Positions 10,382 through 19,270 of a stretch of 64,000 nucleotides of DNA are shown here, one piece after another. Origin of the DNA: Deltaproteobacteria bacterium (lineage in GTDB: Bacteria; DRYD01); contig JAPYWL010000004.1 in assembly GCA_028276365.1 (NCBI GenBank), forward strand, positions 1,793 through 65,792. The letters run 5' to 3'. The position numbers and the translations under genes were made by a program. Positions within the stretch are counted from its first letter, which is position 1. The number at the start of each line of letters is the position of its first letter. The notes under the pieces were generated by a model that worked only from the letters and a program-made list of their open reading frames with translations, had not been told where the DNA came from and made no database searches.

Positions 10382-10450
10382 ATGGGTTGGTGGTGGTTAG
10401 TTATGTTAGCTATTATTTTAGTAGGTTTATCCTATCCTGATACATTCTAA
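10382..10450 (+). CDS. Candidate 22-aa hydrophobic micropeptide MGWWWLVMLAIILVGLSYPDTF
   Basis: Not in the ORF track because it is under 60 aa. A strong SD (AGGGGGTG) lies about 7 nt upstream of the ATG, in an otherwise SD-free AT-rich spacer. It has three consecutive TGG codons followed by a TM-like stretch. Confidence 0.35.
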   Translation: MGWWWLVMLAIILVGLSYPDTF

Positions 10451-10714
10451 TTTTAAATTAATTGATCTTATAAAATTATAAAAATTATAAAAGAGATAAT
10501 AAAGAGATAATAAATGATAAAATAAGAATTTAAAATTAATAAAAATTAGTATTTTTTTTATAAAAATAAACAAGCAACTTATATAGCTTAGAATTATCTA
10601 CAAATACCTATTTTATAATAAAAAAACTTTATTAATGTGCTAAAGCGCTAAATGAGTATTGTTTAATAAAGGAGTATAGTTTGATTATATTTTAGTTAAA
10701 GAGGTGATTTATAA

Positions 10715-11305
10715 ATGTTTTGTCCTAGATGTTTAATTAATTCTAAAGAAGTTTTGCTCCAAAATATGGTATTAGAGGGTATAGAATTGGATGTATGTAA
10801 TTCTTGTGGAGGGATATGGTTTGATAAACAGGAATTGGCTGCTGCTGTATCCTTAGATAAACAAACTGTAGATAGTTTTTATAATAAATTAAATGCTTTA
10901 AAAGTGCAAAATGAAACGAGTGAAACAGTTTCAAATGACCAGAATTTTGCTAAAGATCTTATTCTTAAATGTCCTAAGTGTAACATTGAGATGAGTAAAT
11001 ATAGATATATGTATACTTCTAATATCTATATAGACTCGTGTGATAGGTGTGAGGGTATTTGGTTAGATAATAATGAATTGTTAAATATAATAAATTATTT
11101 AGAAGAAGCAAGTAAAGTGGATCCTGAAAAGGAAGCTGCTGTTTTAGCTAAAGTACAACAAATAAAAAGAGAATATGAATTAAGAGAAAAGGAATTTGTA
11201 GATAGCTTAGTTAAACTTGATGATAAAGCAAGAAACCCTATCACTAAAGGTTTAGGTGAAGTTTTACAAGCTATTTACTCTTTTCTATATAAAAGAGGAT
11301 TATAA
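10715..11305 (+). CDS. Tandem TFIIB-type zinc-ribbon protein (zf-TFIIB / PF13453-like) with a C-terminal helical tail
   Basis: Two copies of the pattern CPxC...CxxCxGIWxDxxEL: CPRC..CNSCGGIWFDKQEL and CPKC..CDRCEGIWLDNNEL. Confidence 0.7.
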   Translation: MFCPRCLINSKEVLLQNMVLEGIELDVCNSCGGIWFDKQELAAAVSLDKQTVDSFYNKLNALKVQNETSETVSNDQNFAKDLILKCPKCNIEMSKYRYMYTSNIYIDSCDRCEGIWLDNNELLNIINYLEEASKVDPEKEAAVLAKVQQIKREYELREKEFVDSLVKLDDKARNPITKGLGEVLQAIYSFLYKRGL

Positions 11306-11414
11306 TTAAATTATTAAGTAGAAGTTAATTTATTAGCTTACTAAAAAGAAATAAGTAATCTTAAATAGGAAAAAACTTTTGGAAATTAAGATAAGTAATA
11401 TTAGGGAGTGTGTT

Positions 11415-12314
11415 ATGGAAATTATATTAGCTGAAAAAATGGGATTTTGTTTTGGAGTTAAAAGAACAGTTAATGAAACTCAAAAATTAGTTGATCAAAA
11501 TTTAATTGATGCTATTACTTTTGGCCCTATTATCCATAATAACGATGTTATAACCTATTTTAACCAAAAAGGTATAACTTATGTTAATAACCTTGAAGAA
11601 TTAAAACAAAAATTAAAAGAAAAAAAAATAAATACTGTTGTTATTAGAACCCATGGAGTAAGAAAAGATATTTTAGAGGAAATTAAAAAACTTAATTTAA
11701 AAGTGATAAATGGGACATGCCCTTATGTTACTAAGGTTCATAAGATAGTAGAAAAAATGTCAAGGGAAGGATATCCGATTTTAATTATAGGGAAAGCTGA
11801 TCATCCTGAGATAATTGGGGTTACTGGTTATATTGATAATAACGTACCTTATTTTATTATAAAAAATGAAGAAGAATTAAATCAAATTGATTTTTCTAAG
11901 ATAAAAAAGATAGCTGTTGTTTCTCAAACTACTGAGAAAATAGAAAAAGTTCAAAAAATAGTTTCTAAGTTAATTAGCTTTATTCCTGAAGTTAGATATT
12001 TTAAAACTATATGTTATGCTACTGATGAAAATCAGGAGGCTGTACATAAATTAGCTCCTAATGTTGATATAATGATTGTTATTGGAGGAAAAAGTAGTTC
12101 TAATACTAAAAAACTATTTGAAATAGCTAAACAGTATTGTGATAGGACTTATCATATAGAAAATGAGAAAGATTTAGATATAAATTGGTTTAATTATGAT
12201 GATAAAGTAGGTATAACTGCTGGAGCATCTACTCCTGATTGGGTTATTCATAATGTTATTAATAAAATTAAAGAATTTTCTGATATTTTAAAAAATAATA
12301 CTGTTAAGGTGTAA
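11415..12314 (+). CDS. ispH: 4-hydroxy-3-methylbut-2-enyl diphosphate reductase
   Basis: Motifs GFCFGVKR, GPIIHN, CPYVTKVH, SQTT and SSNT. I prefer the ATG at 11415 (SD AGGGAG 6 nt upstream) over the TTG at 11379 in the ORF track. Confidence 0.92.
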   Translation: MEIILAEKMGFCFGVKRTVNETQKLVDQNLIDAITFGPIIHNNDVITYFNQKGITYVNNLEELKQKLKEKKINTVVIRTHGVRKDILEEIKKLNLKVINGTCPYVTKVHKIVEKMSREGYPILIIGKADHPEIIGVTGYIDNNVPYFIIKNEEELNQIDFSKIKKIAVVSQTTEKIEKVQKIVSKLISFIPEVRYFKTICYATDENQEAVHKLAPNVDIMIVIGGKSSSNTKKLFEIAKQYCDRTYHIENEKDLDINWFNYDDKVGITAGASTPDWVIHNVINKIKEFSDILKNNTVKV

Positions 12315-12367
12315 GTAATTAAAAATAAAAGTAAGAAAAAGTAAGATAGGAAATAGAGGGGAAATAT

Positions 12368-13837
12368 ATGTTAAAAAAACTAAGAAATATTATATTCTAT
12401 TTAAGTATTATTTTGCTAATTTTTGGGATTTTATTTGTATTTAATTTAATGAAGATAAAAAGTGAAGGTAATTTAGAGAGTAATAATGAAAAAACAATTA
12501 ACCAGGAAGTAGATATAGGTAGAGCTGATTTTGAACTTTTTAGGCAAGTTATTGCTTATTCTTATAAATATTTTCCTGAAGATTTTAGTATTAAAGATAA
12601 ATTAAATAAAACATTAATTAAAGTTAAAAATAATTTAAATTATTTAGGATATAATGTTAATGTTTCTTTATTAAATTCTGATAATTTAAAGGATTATCTT
12701 AGTGAATTTGAAACTAAGGTTAATGAGATTTATAATCAAATTAAAGATCAAAACATAGATATTTCTAAGAGTTTAGGTAAAAGTAATTTAAAACAAAATC
12801 AGATTGAAATTTATAGTACTTTAAATAAGTATTTAAGAACTTATCCGGGATATTTTAAATTTGTTTTAAATACTTATTGTTCTACGTTAGATCCTTATAC
12901 TAATTATATGGGGCCTAAAGAGTATAAGGTTTTTAATGAAGGAATTAGTGGTGGTAATTTTAGTGGGATTGGAGTTGCTATGTCTGCTGTTAAAGATAAA
13001 GATGGGGAAATTACTATTATAGATGTTTTTGAAGATACGCCAGCTTATAGAGCTGGATTAAAACCTGGAGATAAGATTGTTGAAGTTGATGATAAAAATG
13101 TTAAGGATTATTCAGTTGATACTGTTCAATCTATGATAAGAGGTCCTAAAGGAACGCCTGTTAATTTAACTATAAGAAGAGGAAAAGATTTAATTAATTT
13201 TAAAATAATTAGAGATATTATTCATATAAAAAGCACAAAAGAAAAATTAATAACTAAGAATGGAATGGAAATAGGATATATAAGAATAAGTAGTTTTAAT
13301 AAAGATACTTCTAAGGAATTCTTACAATCTTATAATAAATTAAATAGACCTAAGAAAATTATAATTGATTTAAGAAATAATGGTGGGGGCTTATTAGATG
13401 AAGCAGTCAATATAGCATCTTATTTTGTAGAGAACGGAAAATTAGCTGTTTATCTTAAGTCTAAAGATAGGATAGAAAAAGAATATTATACTAATTCTAA
13501 GGAAAAAATAGATGCTGATGTTGTTATTTTAGTTAATAATTATACTGCAAGTGCTGCTGAAATTTTAGCTCAATCTCTAAAGGATTTAAAAAAGGAGGTA
13601 AAAATAGTTGGACTACCTTCATATGGTAAAAATAGTGTTCAAACTTTATTTAATCTTATGGATGGCGGAGTTTTAAAATTAACCATTGCTAAATATTATA
13701 CTTTATCAAATAGAGATATTTCTAAAGATAAAGTTAGTTTAGATTATAAAGTTGAATTTAATGATTCTAATCCCCTTGATTTTGGATCTGATAAGGATAC
13801 TCAATTAAATAATGCAATAGAATTATTAGCTAAATAG
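12368..13837 (+). CDS. Carboxy-terminal processing protease (peptidase S41) with a PDZ domain
   Basis: N-terminal TM anchor. PDZ segment (GLKPGDKIVEVD). S41 motifs are LRNNGGGLL, the catalytic Ser region TASAAEILA, and Lys in YGKNSVQT. Confidence 0.9.
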   Translation: MLKKLRNIIFYLSIILLIFGILFVFNLMKIKSEGNLESNNEKTINQEVDIGRADFELFRQVIAYSYKYFPEDFSIKDKLNKTLIKVKNNLNYLGYNVNVSLLNSDNLKDYLSEFETKVNEIYNQIKDQNIDISKSLGKSNLKQNQIEIYSTLNKYLRTYPGYFKFVLNTYCSTLDPYTNYMGPKEYKVFNEGISGGNFSGIGVAMSAVKDKDGEITIIDVFEDTPAYRAGLKPGDKIVEVDDKNVKDYSVDTVQSMIRGPKGTPVNLTIRRGKDLINFKIIRDIIHIKSTKEKLITKNGMEIGYIRISSFNKDTSKEFLQSYNKLNRPKKIIIDLRNNGGGLLDEAVNIASYFVENGKLAVYLKSKDRIEKEYYTNSKEKIDADVVILVNNYTASAAEILAQSLKDLKKEVKIVGLPSYGKNSVQTLFNLMDGGVLKLTIAKYYTLSNRDISKDKVSLDYKVEFNDSNPLDFGSDKDTQLNNAIELLAK

Positions 13838-13873
13838 AATAATAAAAATAAAAAAAGAAGGGGGAAGTAAGTT

Positions 13874-14011
13874 ATGACTAAAAGGACTTATCAACCTAAT
13901 AATAGAAAGATGAAGAAAAAACATGGGTTTTTGTCAAGGATGGCTACTAAAAGTGGAAGAAAAATAATTAAAAGAAGAATACAAAAAGGTAGATGGAGAT
14001 TAACTGTATAA
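13874..14011 (+). CDS. rpmH: 50S ribosomal protein L34
   Basis: Translated by hand: [45 protein letters not shown], 45 aa. This matches the L34 consensus (KRT(Y/F)QP...HGF..RM.T..GR.vl..RR.KGR..L). An SD (GGGGAAG) lies upstream. It is absent from the ORF track because it is under 60 aa. Confidence 0.93.
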   Translation: MTKRTYQPNNRKMKKKHGFLSRMATKSGRKIIKRRIQKGRWRLTV

Positions 14012-14050
14012 TATTTAAATTATTTTTCATTTATAGAGGTGTCTTATAAA

Positions 14051-14701
14051 ATGAAAGATTCTTTTAATAATGATTTTGCTATTTTAACTCCTGCTGATAT
14101 AGCTCGTATTAAATTTAGTACTTCTTTTAAGGGATATAATAAAGATGAAGTAGATGAATTTTTAGAACAACTTAATATCTATTATACTAAAATATGGAAA
14201 GAAAATATAGAGCTAAAAAATAAAGTAGAATACTTAACTAAAGAATTAGAACATTATAAAAAACTTGAGAATACTATTCAAGAGTCATTAATTACTTCCA
14301 AGAAAATGGCAAATGAAATAATACAATCGGCTAAACTGGAATCAGAGAATATAATCAAAAAAGCTCAATTAACTCAATTAACTATTGAAAATGAGATTAA
14401 AAAAATCTTAGATAAAATTCAAAATGATATAACTCACATAAAAAATTTAAGAAATGATTTAGTAAAGGAAACAAAGTATTATTTAACAATTCTATTAGAA
14501 AAATTAAGTGAAATAGAAAGTAGTTTTAATGTAGAAGAAGATTATTATCAAGTATTTTTTAAAAAATATACATTGTTTTTAAAGGAGAATATGGATGGGT
14601 GTTTAAATAAATTAGTAGCTCTTAAAGATGAGAGTTTAGATTTATTAAATGAAAACCTAAAAAATAAAATAAGTAATGGAAATAGAGAAGTAATAAGTTA
14701 A
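14051..14701 (+). CDS. divIVA: DivIVA domain-containing cell-division protein
   Basis: N-terminal DivIVA motif LTPADIARIKFSTSFKGYNKDEVDEFLEQL followed by coiled coil. The ATG at 14051 (SD AGAGGTG 9 nt upstream) is preferred over the GTG at 14039. Confidence 0.85.
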   Translation: MKDSFNNDFAILTPADIARIKFSTSFKGYNKDEVDEFLEQLNIYYTKIWKENIELKNKVEYLTKELEHYKKLENTIQESLITSKKMANEIIQSAKLESENIIKKAQLTQLTIENEIKKILDKIQNDITHIKNLRNDLVKETKYYLTILLEKLSEIESSFNVEEDYYQVFFKKYTLFLKENMDGCLNKLVALKDESLDLLNENLKNKISNGNREVIS

Positions 14702-14720
14702 TTGATAAAGGGGGTAAATT

Positions 14721-15239
14721 ATGAAAAAACCAGTATTACAATTTTCTATTCCATGCTTGGAAATAGAAACTGAAGATAAACCACCAGTATTTTCTTACGT
14801 ATTTTATGAATTACCTTTTCCTAACGCACCAGTTTCATTTTATATTGCTAATGGATGGTCTAATGGAGAAGGTAGTTTTACTCAAGAAATTAAGTTAATT
14901 AAGCCATCTGGAAATTTATTAGTATCTACAGGAAAACAGGATTTTGAATTAAAGAGTTATAATATTCCTCAGTTAATGGTAAATTTATTTAGAGATATGA
15001 TGTTTGATGAATTTGGAGATTATAAAGTTGAAGTTTATCTTAATGATGAAAAAGTAATAGAATATCCTTTAACTGTTAGACAATTAACTCCTGAGGAAAT
15101 AAGAAGAGTTCAAGAGATACAAAATAGGTTAGAGAATCAAGGAGGTACTAAAGAAAAGCAGGTTCAACAACAGACTTCAGAATCTAAGAAAGAAACAAAG
15201 AGAATATCCTCTGATGATGAATTTCTTATTTCTGGATAA
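14721..15239 (+). CDS. Hypothetical protein: predicted beta-rich domain plus an acidic/polar tail
   Basis: Good SD (AAGGGGG) before the ATG and tightly packed between divIVA and coaD. I recognise no motif. Confidence 0.5.
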   Translation: MKKPVLQFSIPCLEIETEDKPPVFSYVFYELPFPNAPVSFYIANGWSNGEGSFTQEIKLIKPSGNLLVSTGKQDFELKSYNIPQLMVNLFRDMMFDEFGDYKVEVYLNDEKVIEYPLTVRQLTPEEIRRVQEIQNRLENQGGTKEKQVQQQTSESKKETKRISSDDEFLISG

Positions 15240-15252
15240 TAAATAATAGCTA

Positions 15253-15762
15253 ATGAAAAAAATAGCGGTTTATCCTGGTAGTTTTGATCCTATAACCTTA
15301 GGGCATATTGATATAATTAAAAGAGGTATTAATTTATTTGATAAGCTTATTATTTTAGTTATGATTAATCCTAAAAAGCAAGGATTATTTAATATATTTG
15401 AAAGAAAAATTTTAATAGAAAAATCTTTAAAAGAATTTAATTTATTAAACTGTGAAGTAGATGTATATGAAGGATTATTGGTAGATTATTTAAGAAAAAA
15501 TAATTTAAAGTATATAATAAAAGGAATAAGGGCTATTTCAGATTTTGAATATGAATTCCAGCAATATATAGTTAATAGTAGCTTTGATAATGAAATTGAA
15601 ACTATATTTTTTATGACTAATTATGCTTATATGTATCTAAGTTCTTCACTTGTTAAAGAAATAGCTTATTTTAAAGGAGATATCTCTAAATTTGTACCTA
15701 ATTCCATTATTGAGGATATAAATAATAAAATTAATAGTTTAAGGGAGTTGAAAGTGATATGA
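15253..15762 (+). CDS. coaD: Phosphopantetheine adenylyltransferase
   Basis: AVYPGSFDPITLGHIDII (nucleotidyltransferase T/HxGH motif) and the ISSS-like motif SSSLVKEI. Confidence 0.93.
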   Translation: MKKIAVYPGSFDPITLGHIDIIKRGINLFDKLIILVMINPKKQGLFNIFERKILIEKSLKEFNLLNCEVDVYEGLLVDYLRKNNLKYIIKGIRAISDFEYEFQQYIVNSSFDNEIETIFFMTNYAYMYLSSSLVKEIAYFKGDISKFVPNSIIEDINNKINSLRELKVI

Positions 15763-17804
15763 ATCAAATTAATTCTCAAATTAATTTTGAAAATACTAAA
15801 TATTTAAAATATGCTAATTATAAGAATTTGAATGATTTTAATTATAATCAGTTAGAGATATTAGCAAAGGAAATAAGAGATTTTATAACTGAAGTGGTTT
15901 ATCATAATGGAGGACATTATGGAAGTAATTTAGGAATAGTTGAGTTAAGTATTTCTTTATTAAGGAATTTTAATCCTGAATTAGATAAAATAGTATTTGA
16001 TACTTCTCATCAAAGTTATGTTTATAAGATATTAACTGATAGAAAAGAAAGATTTCATACTTTAAGGACTTTTAAGGGGATATCAGGATTTTCTAAGATA
16101 GAAGAAAGTAAATTTGATCATTATGGGGCTGGACATGCGGGTACAGGATTAAGTGCTGCTTTGGGATACGCTAAAGCTAGAGATATTCTAAAACAAGATT
16201 ATAATGTAGTTTCTGTTATAGGTGATGCTGCTTTAACCTGTGGAGTTACTTTTGAAGCTATTAATAATATAGCACAATACCCTTCTAAGTTAATAATAGT
16301 TCTTAATGATAATGAGTTTTCTATTGCTCCCAATGTAGGTGCTTTTTCCATTTATTTAAAAAAACTTAGGAATAATCCTTTTTTAATTAAAGTTGAAAAA
16401 AAATTAGATGAAATTATAAATATATTACTTGTTAATAGTTTAATAAAAAATTTTTTAATTGATACAAAAAGTTGGATAGAAGAAGGTTTTACTAAGATTA
16501 TTTCTCCTTCAATTGTTGGAGTTATTTTTGAGGAATTTGGAATACAGTATATTGGGCCTGTTGATGGACATAATATTAGGTTATTAGATGAAGTATTTTC
16601 TTTTGCTAAAAAATTAGAAAAACCAGTTATTATTCATGTACTAACTGAGAAAGGGAAAGGTTCAAAAGAGGCACAAGAACATCAAGAGAAATTGCATGGA
16701 GTAGCTAAAGGAAAGTTAAAAATCTCTAATTTTATATATTTTTCTACTGATGAGGGATTGAAAGTAGAAAAATCTACAAATTCAGAAGATAAAAAAATAA
16801 AAACGTATACTGAGGTTTTTGGGGAAGCTATTGTAGAATTAGCTAAGGAAGATGAAAAGATAGTTGCTATTACTGCTGCTATGCCTTCTGGAACGGGATT
16901 AATTAATTTTTCAAAATCTTTTCCTGATAGGTTTTTTGATGTAGGGATAGCAGAAGAACATGCTGTTATCTTTGCTAGTACATTAGCTTTAAAAGGATTA
17001 AAACCTGTTGTATGTATTTATTCTACTTTCTTACAAAGAGCTTTTGATATGTTAATTCATGATGTGGCTTTACAAAATATTCCAGTTTTATTTGTATTGG
17101 ATAGAGGAGGGATTGTAGGAGAAGATGGACCTACTCATCATGGAGTATTTGATTTATCTTATTTAAGAATGATACCTAATTTCCAAATCTTTGTTCCTTC
17201 TAATGAGTTAGAATTAAGAAATATTATTTATACAGTATTGCAAAAATTGGATAAACCTACTGCTATAAGATATCCCAGAGATAATGTTGAAGGTATTTAT
17301 CCATTAGATAAGTTTTCTACTATTGATCTATATAAGTGGGTTTTAAATTATGAAACAAAGGAACATAAAAAAGATTCTAAAAAAGTAGCTATTTTAGCTA
17401 CTGGAAGATTAAATAGATTTATTCCTAAACTTATAAAATTGTTAGAAGAAAATGATATTTATTGTAAATGGTATAATTGTATAAGTATTAAACCTTTAGA
17501 TAGTAATGTTTTAAATGATTTAATAGATTATGATTTGGTATTAACTTTAGAAGATAATGTATTAGCGGGTGGTTTTGGAAGTGCTGTTTTAGAATATTAT
17601 AATGATAATTTTTATGATAAAAAAATGAATGTTTTAAGAATTGGATGGGGGGATTATTTTGTTGAGCATGGTTCTATTAAAGAATTATACGATTTTTATG
17701 GAATTAATGAAGTTGAAATTTTTAATAAAGTAATTCAGAAATTAAAAATAGATACTGTAAAGGTAGGTGTAAATAATAATGAATCCATTCAATCAAATAT
17801 TTAG
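15759..17804 (+). CDS. dxs: 1-deoxy-D-xylulose-5-phosphate synthase
   Basis: Motifs GGHYGSNLG, DTSHQSY, GHAGTGLSAALG, GDAALTCG, IAEEHAV and DGPTHHG. Its 4-nt start overlap with coaD suggests translational coupling. Confidence 0.95.
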   Translation: MNQINSQINFENTKYLKYANYKNLNDFNYNQLEILAKEIRDFITEVVYHNGGHYGSNLGIVELSISLLRNFNPELDKIVFDTSHQSYVYKILTDRKERFHTLRTFKGISGFSKIEESKFDHYGAGHAGTGLSAALGYAKARDILKQDYNVVSVIGDAALTCGVTFEAINNIAQYPSKLIIVLNDNEFSIAPNVGAFSIYLKKLRNNPFLIKVEKKLDEIINILLVNSLIKNFLIDTKSWIEEGFTKIISPSIVGVIFEEFGIQYIGPVDGHNIRLLDEVFSFAKKLEKPVIIHVLTEKGKGSKEAQEHQEKLHGVAKGKLKISNFIYFSTDEGLKVEKSTNSEDKKIKTYTEVFGEAIVELAKEDEKIVAITAAMPSGTGLINFSKSFPDRFFDVGIAEEHAVIFASTLALKGLKPVVCIYSTFLQRAFDMLIHDVALQNIPVLFVLDRGGIVGEDGPTHHGVFDLSYLRMIPNFQIFVPSNELELRNIIYTVLQKLDKPTAIRYPRDNVEGIYPLDKFSTIDLYKWVLNYETKEHKKDSKKVAILATGRLNRFIPKLIKLLEENDIYCKWYNCISIKPLDSNVLNDLIDYDLVLTLEDNVLAGGFGSAVLEYYNDNFYDKKMNVLRIGWGDYFVEHGSIKELYDFYGINEVEIFNKVIQKLKIDTVKVGVNNNESIQSNI

Positions 17805-19164
17805 TTTTCTTAGGTTTACTTTATTTTTTATTGTTTTTTATTTTGTTGTAGCTGTTTTTTTATTAATTATAGCATTTATTTTAGTTTTTATTTTAGATAA
17901 ATTGGGTGTTATTTCTTTACTAAAAACGTTTTTAATTATTCCTGCTAACTTTAATTGGTTTGGTTATGTTGTGTATTCTATTGTTGGGATTTTGTTTATA
18001 TTAACGGTTTTAATGGGTAGTGTTATTGTTCAGATTTGGTGGGAGAGGAAGTTTTCAGCTAAGATTCAGGGTAGGATGGGGCCTACTGTTGTTAATTTAC
18101 CTTTTTTACTTGATATAGGGAGTAAAAATATATTTTTAGGAGGGATTTTACAGCCTATTGCTGATGTTATTAAATTAATCCAAAAAGAGATAATGATACC
18201 AGAAACTTCTTATCCTTATTTATTTTTATTATCTCCTATTTTAGCTTTTTCTACGGTTATGATTGTATTCGGAGTAGTACCTTTTAGTAGGGATTTTATT
18301 ATGCTTAAAGATTTAAATATAGGTTTATTATTTATATTTGCTATATCAAGTTATATGGTGATTTCGTTAATATTAGCTGCGTGGGCTTCTAATAATAAAT
18401 ATTCTTTGTTAGGTGGTTTAAGAACAGTTGCTCAAATGCTTAGCTATGAAATTCCTTTGTTGTTATCTTTTTTATCAGTTATTATATTTGTAGGTAGTTT
18501 TGAAGTTGTTAAAATAATAGAAGTTCAAGATAAGATAGGGTGGTTAATATTTTATCAGCCTTTAATGTTTATTATTTTCTTATGGTCTATGGTAGCGGAA
18601 AATAATAGAGCACCATTTGATTTACCAGAAGCGGAAAGCGAATTAGTTGCTGGTTTTGTTACTGAGTATTCTTCTATGGCTTTTTCTTTATTTTATTTAG
18701 CTGAATATGGTTACTTATTCTTTAATAGTATTATAATTTCTATTTTATTTTTAGGTGGAGATTCTTTAATTCCTGTTGCTTTTTTAAATATTCTATCTAA
18801 TTATTTACCAAACAATATTTTTCAATTAATAATACTAGCTAATAGTAATGTTATATGGCTATTTTTGAAAGCTTTTATTGTTTTGACTTTAATAATGCTA
18901 TTTAGATGGACTTATCCAAGGATAAGGATGGATCATTTAATGAATTTAGCTTGGAAAGCTTTTATTCCTATTACACTAATTAATATTATGTTTTCTTCTT
19001 TTGATTTGGTTTTGTCTTTAAATTTATTTAACAATAATTTTATTTTACCTTTATTTAATTGGATTTTCTTTTTAGTTATTATTTATTTAACTGCTATTAA
19101 AAAAATTAGTTTATCTAGTAAATATAAAAATGTACCTATTTTTTATAAGAAATATAGTACTTAA
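17779..19164 (+). CDS. nuoH: NADH-quinone oxidoreductase subunit H (NuoH/ND1/NdhA-like) with N- and C-terminal extensions
   Basis: Motifs WWERKFSAKIQGRMGP, LQPIADVIKL and NRAPFDLPEAESELVAGFVTEYS. By hand count the ERK motif sits at about residue 89, versus about residue 36 in E. coli NuoH as I recall it. That implies an extra N-terminal helix. There is also an extra hydrophobic tail. Confidence 0.9.
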   Translation: MNPFNQIFSFLRFTLFFIVFYFVVAVFLLIIAFILVFILDKLGVISLLKTFLIIPANFNWFGYVVYSIVGILFILTVLMGSVIVQIWWERKFSAKIQGRMGPTVVNLPFLLDIGSKNIFLGGILQPIADVIKLIQKEIMIPETSYPYLFLLSPILAFSTVMIVFGVVPFSRDFIMLKDLNIGLLFIFAISSYMVISLILAAWASNNKYSLLGGLRTVAQMLSYEIPLLLSFLSVIIFVGSFEVVKIIEVQDKIGWLIFYQPLMFIIFLWSMVAENNRAPFDLPEAESELVAGFVTEYSSMAFSLFYLAEYGYLFFNSIIISILFLGGDSLIPVAFLNILSNYLPNNIFQLIILANSNVIWLFLKAFIVLTLIMLFRWTYPRIRMDHLMNLAWKAFIPITLINIMFSSFDLVLSLNLFNNNFILPLFNWIFFLVIIYLTAIKKISLSSKYKNVPIFYKKYST

Positions 19165-19270
19165 AGAAGTATAGTACTTAATAAAGAGGTTTTTAGAAAT
19201 TACTTTTAGAATAATTAAATAAGAAACTGGAATAATTAAATAGGGAGTTAGGAATTGAGGTGATTTATTA

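Noticed and set aside
10455-10520. Short tandem AT-rich repeats (attataaaa x2, gagataataaa x2), considered as a CRISPR-like or iteron array.
   Set aside because: There are only two copies each. The units are low-complexity and no spacers separate them, which is consistent with slippage in AT-rich DNA.
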